Assembly: GCF_035594765.1 (NCBI RefSeq)
Contig: NC_085846.1
Span: 11,457,190-11,521,189 of the forward strand
From: Anolis carolinensis
Taxonomy: Eukaryota
Direction: 5' to 3'
DNA length: 64,000 nucleotides
Notes under the pieces: generated by a model
The model's input: the letters and a program-made list of their open reading frames with translations, nothing else
The model's database searches: none
What the model was told of the DNA's origin: nothing
In this document: positions 59,284 through 64,000 of the stretch, one piece after another
How positions within the stretch are numbered: position 1 is the first letter of the stretch
Layout of the letters: each line of letters starts with the position of its first letter
Program-made: the position numbers and the translations under genes

Positions 59284-61444
59284 ACTGAGCATGCTTTTTG
59301 GTCTGATTTTTTGACCAAATTTCTTACACTTATACATGAGTATAGAGTAGTTTCCCAGATACTATTGAAATGCATCTGAAAGTTTGAACAGGGAAATTAA
59401 TTTTTCTCCGACTGTTGCATGAACAGCAGACTATTTTTCACCCAAAGTGCTCTTTTTCCAGGACATAAATTTCAAGAGATCGGGATCCATCATCTTTGAA
59501 ATAATTGTGTTTTTGGAAGTGTCTGCCCTCATCAGTTCTACCCATAAGTCCAGAGCTTCTTCCAAGAAGGTCCATCAAGTAGATGATATACACAAATCTA
59601 TTGAAGTTACTGTTTACACCTCAGAAACCTCTTCTTACCCTCTTTATATGGATAATCCTTACTCTACAATCCTTCCTATTCCCTTGGAAACGATCTCTTT
59701 CATCATCTGACATTTTGCTTTGTTCATTGTTTGTTGTCACTGCAAAGCGGTTTCCATAATAAAGGAAATTATGACACTATATAAAACCAGCTTTGAAATT
59801 CACAATGTTTTTGTCAAAGATATGAAAAAACTCCTACAATATTTGTAGGATTCCTAAAAATCATGCTGGTGTAGAAGTTGTGGATTGTCCTTTTACTTCT
59901 GTTTGAGTATTTGGACCTTTGTTTTGAACTGAAAGCAGAATCTGCAAATACGATTAGGTTTTATCTCTTTTAAAAAATATATTTATATAGTAACTTGTTT
60001 CAGCAATGTAAATATAGTTATATAATTTGTAAAATGATATCAGGGCTCACCGAGTGGCAAATCGGCACCGCATCAAAGAAGGCAAAGATTTGGGGACTTC
60101 CGGTGCGCAGGCATGGCGGCGAGATAGGCACTTTAGATCTCTCCGGAGGGTGCCAGCTGAAACCGGGCGACTGGGTAGAGCAATAGCTCCCTCCACCTCA
60201 TGGATTAAGGTGAGGTGGACAGCGGAAACCGGGGGTCAGCCGACGGACCCAGAAGGGGCCCATTCCTCAAGAGTGGGCTCCAAAAGGGACCCGGCAAAAG
60301 ACCCAGTGGTTAAGGCGGGTCGCGGTGGAAAGCGCGCGGGGGAGAAATCCCCAGCAGGAATCGCCGACCGGGCGCATTGTTTTAATGGAAAAATGATGAA
60401 ACGACAAAAGAATCTTAAGATCTAACCAAGGGGCATCGTAACGGAGGTTAGGTCTCTGGAGAATAAGAAGAGAGTAGGAAGAAGACTTGCCTTCCTGGAG
60501 GGGGGAAAGCTGTGGAGAAGTAAAGCACATAGCACATAGTATATGTGCCTACTGATTTCCTGCTGAGTGCTATGACAGAAACTAATTAATATTAAGGATC
60601 GGAAGGGAAAGGAAAAGAAAAGATTTAAAGGCCAAGCTAAGGCTAAGGCTAAGGATTAAAAAGGCTAAAATAAACAACAAATCAAAGCTAGGAAGATGGC
60701 GGAGTACTGACCTTGGAGGAAGATAAGATAAGAGCCCTCCTTCTTGTAAACAAAGCGAGGTGCTGCGGAAAGCCCCGTTGGAAGAAACCGGAAACAACGC
60801 AGAAGGGAAACCACGCGAGAGAAAGGAGAGGGAAAGGACGTGACGTGAAGAAGGGCAGAAGAGGCTCAGACGAGGGGGAGACAGAAAGGGCGGAAGCAAA
60901 AGGAAAGAACAGAAGAAACCCACAAAGGAGAGGCAGGAAACGCCAGCAGGATTGAGAGGAGGAAAAAAAAAGGGAGAAAGGGAGAAGCGGAGAAGGTGAA
61001 TCTCCGAAAGGTAAAGTGGAAAAAAAAATATTCTGGGTAGGGAAGAAGGAGAGACTAAGGAAAGACTAAAGCTTAAATAAATAATAGAAATAGGTGTTGG
61101 AAATTCCCCAAAAGAAACGGCAAGATAGCAAAGACAAAGGCCCCCCAAGGGGAAATAGAGGAAAGAAAGAAAGACCAATAATAAAGAGATACAAAGAGAT
61201 ATAAAGACACAAGTAAGCGGAGGAAGGTGAGGAAAGTATAATAGGTAACTTGGGGAACTGTATGACTAAAGTGAAACTACCAAAAAGGGGGAAGACTTAT
61301 AGGGGCGGATCGACAAAATAAGCAACTATATAAGAAAGCATACACGAGTGGAAATTTTGCCTAACTAATTCTATTGATATTCAAATTAATTATTACTAGC
61401 ACGAAAAGAATATTTGAAGAAAAAAAAAATACTCAGAGAACACG

Positions 61445-62545
61445 ATGGCTACATTTAAATTTAAATCAGACAGAGAAATAAAAGACTCAAGAGGTGCGAT
61501 TAGAAGACCATCCCTGAATGAGGAAATGAACCTGAAGGATATGATGAAAGACATGATGAGAGAGATTCAGAAAATTCAGGAGAAGCAAGACGTATACCAG
61601 AAGATTCAACAGGAACAAATGTCGGATTTTAAAAAGGAGATTAAAGAAGAATTGGGGATAATGAAGAGCGAGATTACAACATTACAACAGGAAATAAAGG
61701 ATCTGAAAAATGAAAAGAAAGAACTAAAGATAACTCAAGAAAAGACCCAATATAAACTAAAAGAACTAGAGAAAAAAAATGAAAAAATAAACGCAAAACA
61801 AGAAGCCATGGAGGCAAGAGAATTGGAACATCAATTAAGAATGAGAAATATACCGGAAGAGCCAGGAGAAAACATAAGAGAGAAAGTAATAGAGATACTA
61901 ATGAAACTTCTGGACTGCTCCGAACAGGAGATACAATTACAAATGGACAGAACGTACAGGATCAACACAAATTTCTCAAGAAGAAACAAAACCCCGAGAG
62001 ACGTGATAGTACACCTTACAAAGAAAATTGCAAGAGATGAAATATTGAGAATAAATAACAAAAAACAGATATTCTACAAAGAGACAAAAATAGCGATATT
62101 GAAGGAAGTACCAAATACAATAATAAATAGAAGGAAAAAATATACCTTCCTGACAGAGGAATTGAAGCAACAGAAGGCGAGATACAGGTGGGAAAGAGAA
62201 GAAGGATTAATGACAACGTATAAAGGTCAAAGGTATTGGATCACAACAGAAGAAAGAGCCCGAGAATTTTACAACACAATAAGAAAGGAGAAGGATGAAG
62301 AATCTGAAAGGAAACAAAAAGAGAAGAAAAAACCAAAGAGACAACGTATAGAGTCACCCGAAAAAGATGATTTGGACATAAAAGAATGCAGACTGAACCT
62401 AAGGGGAAACATGGAACCTACGAATTTAGGAAAAGTGGAAGAAAGACAGGTGGAAGAGGAACAAGAGGATAGAATGAGAGAAGAAGAGGAGGAAGAGGAC
62501 GAGACAGAAGCAGTGGGTGATAAGGACGAAGATAAATATGAGTGA
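61445..62545 (+). CDS. L1 ORF1p (366 aa; coiled coil, RRM, CTD, acidic tail)
   Basis: Heptad-rich N-terminal half. LRMRNIPE...DRTYRI...PRDVIV and RRKKY motifs of L1 ORF1p. Confidence 0.88.
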   Translation: MATFKFKSDREIKDSRGAIRRPSLNEEMNLKDMMKDMMREIQKIQEKQDVYQKIQQEQMSDFKKEIKEELGIMKSEITTLQQEIKDLKNEKKELKITQEKTQYKLKELEKKNEKINAKQEAMEARELEHQLRMRNIPEEPGENIREKVIEILMKLLDCSEQEIQLQMDRTYRINTNFSRRNKTPRDVIVHLTKKIARDEILRINNKKQIFYKETKIAILKEVPNTIINRRKKYTFLTEELKQQKARYRWEREEGLMTTYKGQRYWITTEERAREFYNTIRKEKDEESERKQKEKKKPKRQRIESPEKDDLDIKECRLNLRGNMEPTNLGKVEERQVEEEQEDRMREEEEEEDETEAVGDKDEDKYE

Positions 62546-64000
62546 ACTTAAAATTTATTCAAACAATATTAACGGACTAAATTCGGCAACAAAAAGGAAT
62601 AAAGTATTTAATGAGCTAAAGAAAAAAAGATATCAAATTATTGCTCTCCAAGAGACCCACATATACCAAAAACACGTTAAATATCTGGAGGAAAAAAAAC
62701 TGGGACAATGCTTTTATGCCTCGGCATTAGAAAAAAAAAAGGGGGTAGTGATGTATGTAGAAAGGAGAATACCAGCTAAATTAGCTTTTAAGGATGAGGA
62801 GGGTAGATTCATAGGAGTAAAAATAACGATTCAGGGAATAGATATATTAATATGTAACATATATGCACCTAATGGAGCAAAGTCAGCATTCACAGAAAAA
62901 CTAAAAGGCAGTATAAATGATCAAGAATATGAACATTTAGTATTAATAGGAGATTTCAACGGTGTAGTAGAGGGGGAAATAGATAGGAGTAAAGTAGCGA
63001 AGAAAGGGAAAAGTAAAAATAATATAGGGAATTTACCAAAAACAATGATGAGCATGATGAAGGAACTAAACATTCAGGATAGCTGGAGAATAAAACATGA
63101 AGGAGTAAGGGATTTTACTTTTTTCTCGACCAGACACCAAAGCTGGTCGAGAATCGACATGGCGTGGGTGTCAAAGTCCTTAATACCAAAAATAAGAAAA
63201 ACAGTGATATTGCCAAGGTTAGATTCAGACCATTGCCCATTAGAATTAGAGATATTCTACAATAAAAAAGAATGGAAGTGGAGGTTAGATGAAAATCTAT
63301 TGAAGAAAGAGGAAGACATTGAAAGAATAAGGAAAGTAATACAAGAATATTTCGAGATAAATGACACAACAGAGATAGACCTATTTACATTGTGGGAAGC
63401 AAGCAAAGTAGTAGTAAGAGGGAGATTTATCCAACAAAAAGCAATTAAAAAGAAGGAAAGATTAAAAAAAATGAACAAGATAATTGAAGAAATAAAAAAG
63501 GAAGAAATTAGGTTAAAATCAAACCCAAGTAACAAGGATACCCAGAGGAACATAGAAATCTTACAAAAACAAAGGGAATATTTGATAATGGAGGAAAGGG
63601 CTAATAAACTGAAATTTATAAAGCAAGATTTCTTTCAAAACGCAAATAAACCGGGAAGATGGATGTCTAATAGAATTAAGGAAAGAAAGGAAAGTAAATA
63701 TGTAACAAAAATAAAAGAAGGGGACAAAATATATACAAAGGAGGAAGACATAAAAACCCAATTCCAAAAGTTTTATGAAACACTCTACCAAAAAGAACAA
63801 ATAGACGAGGAGAAAATAATGAAATACATAGAAGAGAGAAAAGTGACCAAAATCTCAGAAAAACAAAGAGAGGAACTAAATAGGGAAATTACAGAGCAGG
63901 AGATAAAGAAGGCCATACAAAATTTGAAACCTAATAAGGCCCCAGGCCCAGATGGGCTAACAGCAGTATATTATAAAACCTTCGGCCAAGAGCTAATACC
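62538..64000 (+). CDS. L1 ORF2p, partial (APE endonuclease to the start of RT)
   Basis: MSELKIYSNNINGLN...ALQETH...NIYAPN...GDFN...SRID...SDH...KAPGPDG. It is missing from the ORF track, which is consistent with no stop before the window end. Confidence 0.88.
   Translation, partial: MSELKIYSNNINGLNSATKRNKVFNELKKKRYQIIALQETHIYQKHVKYLEEKKLGQCFYASALEKKKGVVMYVERRIPAKLAFKDEEGRFIGVKITIQGIDILICNIYAPNGAKSAFTEKLKGSINDQEYEHLVLIGDFNGVVEGEIDRSKVAKKGKSKNNIGNLPKTMMSMMKELNIQDSWRIKHEGVRDFTFFSTRHQSWSRIDMAWVSKSLIPKIRKTVILPRLDSDHCPLELEIFYNKKEWKWRLDENLLKKEEDIERIRKVIQEYFEINDTTEIDLFTLWEASKVVVRGRFIQQKAIKKKERLKKMNKIIEEIKKEEIRLKSNPSNKDTQRNIEILQKQREYLIMEERANKLKFIKQDFFQNANKPGRWMSNRIKERKESKYVTKIKEGDKIYTKEEDIKTQFQKFYETLYQKEQIDEEKIMKYIEERKVTKISEKQREELNREITEQEIKKAIQNLKPNKAPGPDGLTAVYYKTFGQELI

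Larger units (their letters stand above)
60091..64000 (+). mobile_element. Young, apparently full-length L1 LINE (5' part; runs off the window)
   Basis: GGGGACTTCCGG...ATGGCGGC CpG-rich 5' end, 5' UTR of about 1.35 kb, intact ORF1, open ORF2 and a strong A-rich strand bias. Confidence 0.9.

Overview
Vertebrate genomic DNA, almost certainly from a lizard and probably Anolis; this is inferred from the repeat set (Sauria SINEs, BovB/RTE, SPIN/URR1, L2, CR1, Vingi, L1). The window holds a tandem cluster of secreted RNase A-superfamily genes undergoing birth and death. Five coding exons are intact. Three are canonical with His12/Lys41/His119: 3693-4136(-), 49111-49536(+) and 56914-57339(+). Two are non-canonical paralogues that have lost catalytic residues: 10106-10519(+) lacks all three, and 17041-17454(+) lacks Lys41. 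There are also two truncated pseudogenes (about 14055-14594(-) and 53029-53226(+)) and one orphan promoter/first exon (about 38600-38692). Two tandem duplications built the cluster: about 3.4-13.45 kb copied to 13.5-21.4 kb, and about 46.2-50.9 kb copied to 51.0-55.1 kb, with a further promoter-only copy at 37.7-39.2 kb. The rest is transposon-rich. It includes a near-intact L2 LINE (23.2-27.9 kb) whose ORF1 and ORF2 are in frame and separated only by a TGA-CTAG readthrough-type stop, and the 5' part of a young L1 (60.1-64 kb). CR1s, a solo LTR, mariner, Helitrons, hAT/Tigger/Harbinger MITEs and SINEs are also present. The two strongest candidates for undescribed biology are the retained catalytically defective RNases and the putative stop-codon readthrough in the L2. 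All family names come from by-eye recognition, not database searches, and repeat boundaries without a stated TSD are approximate.
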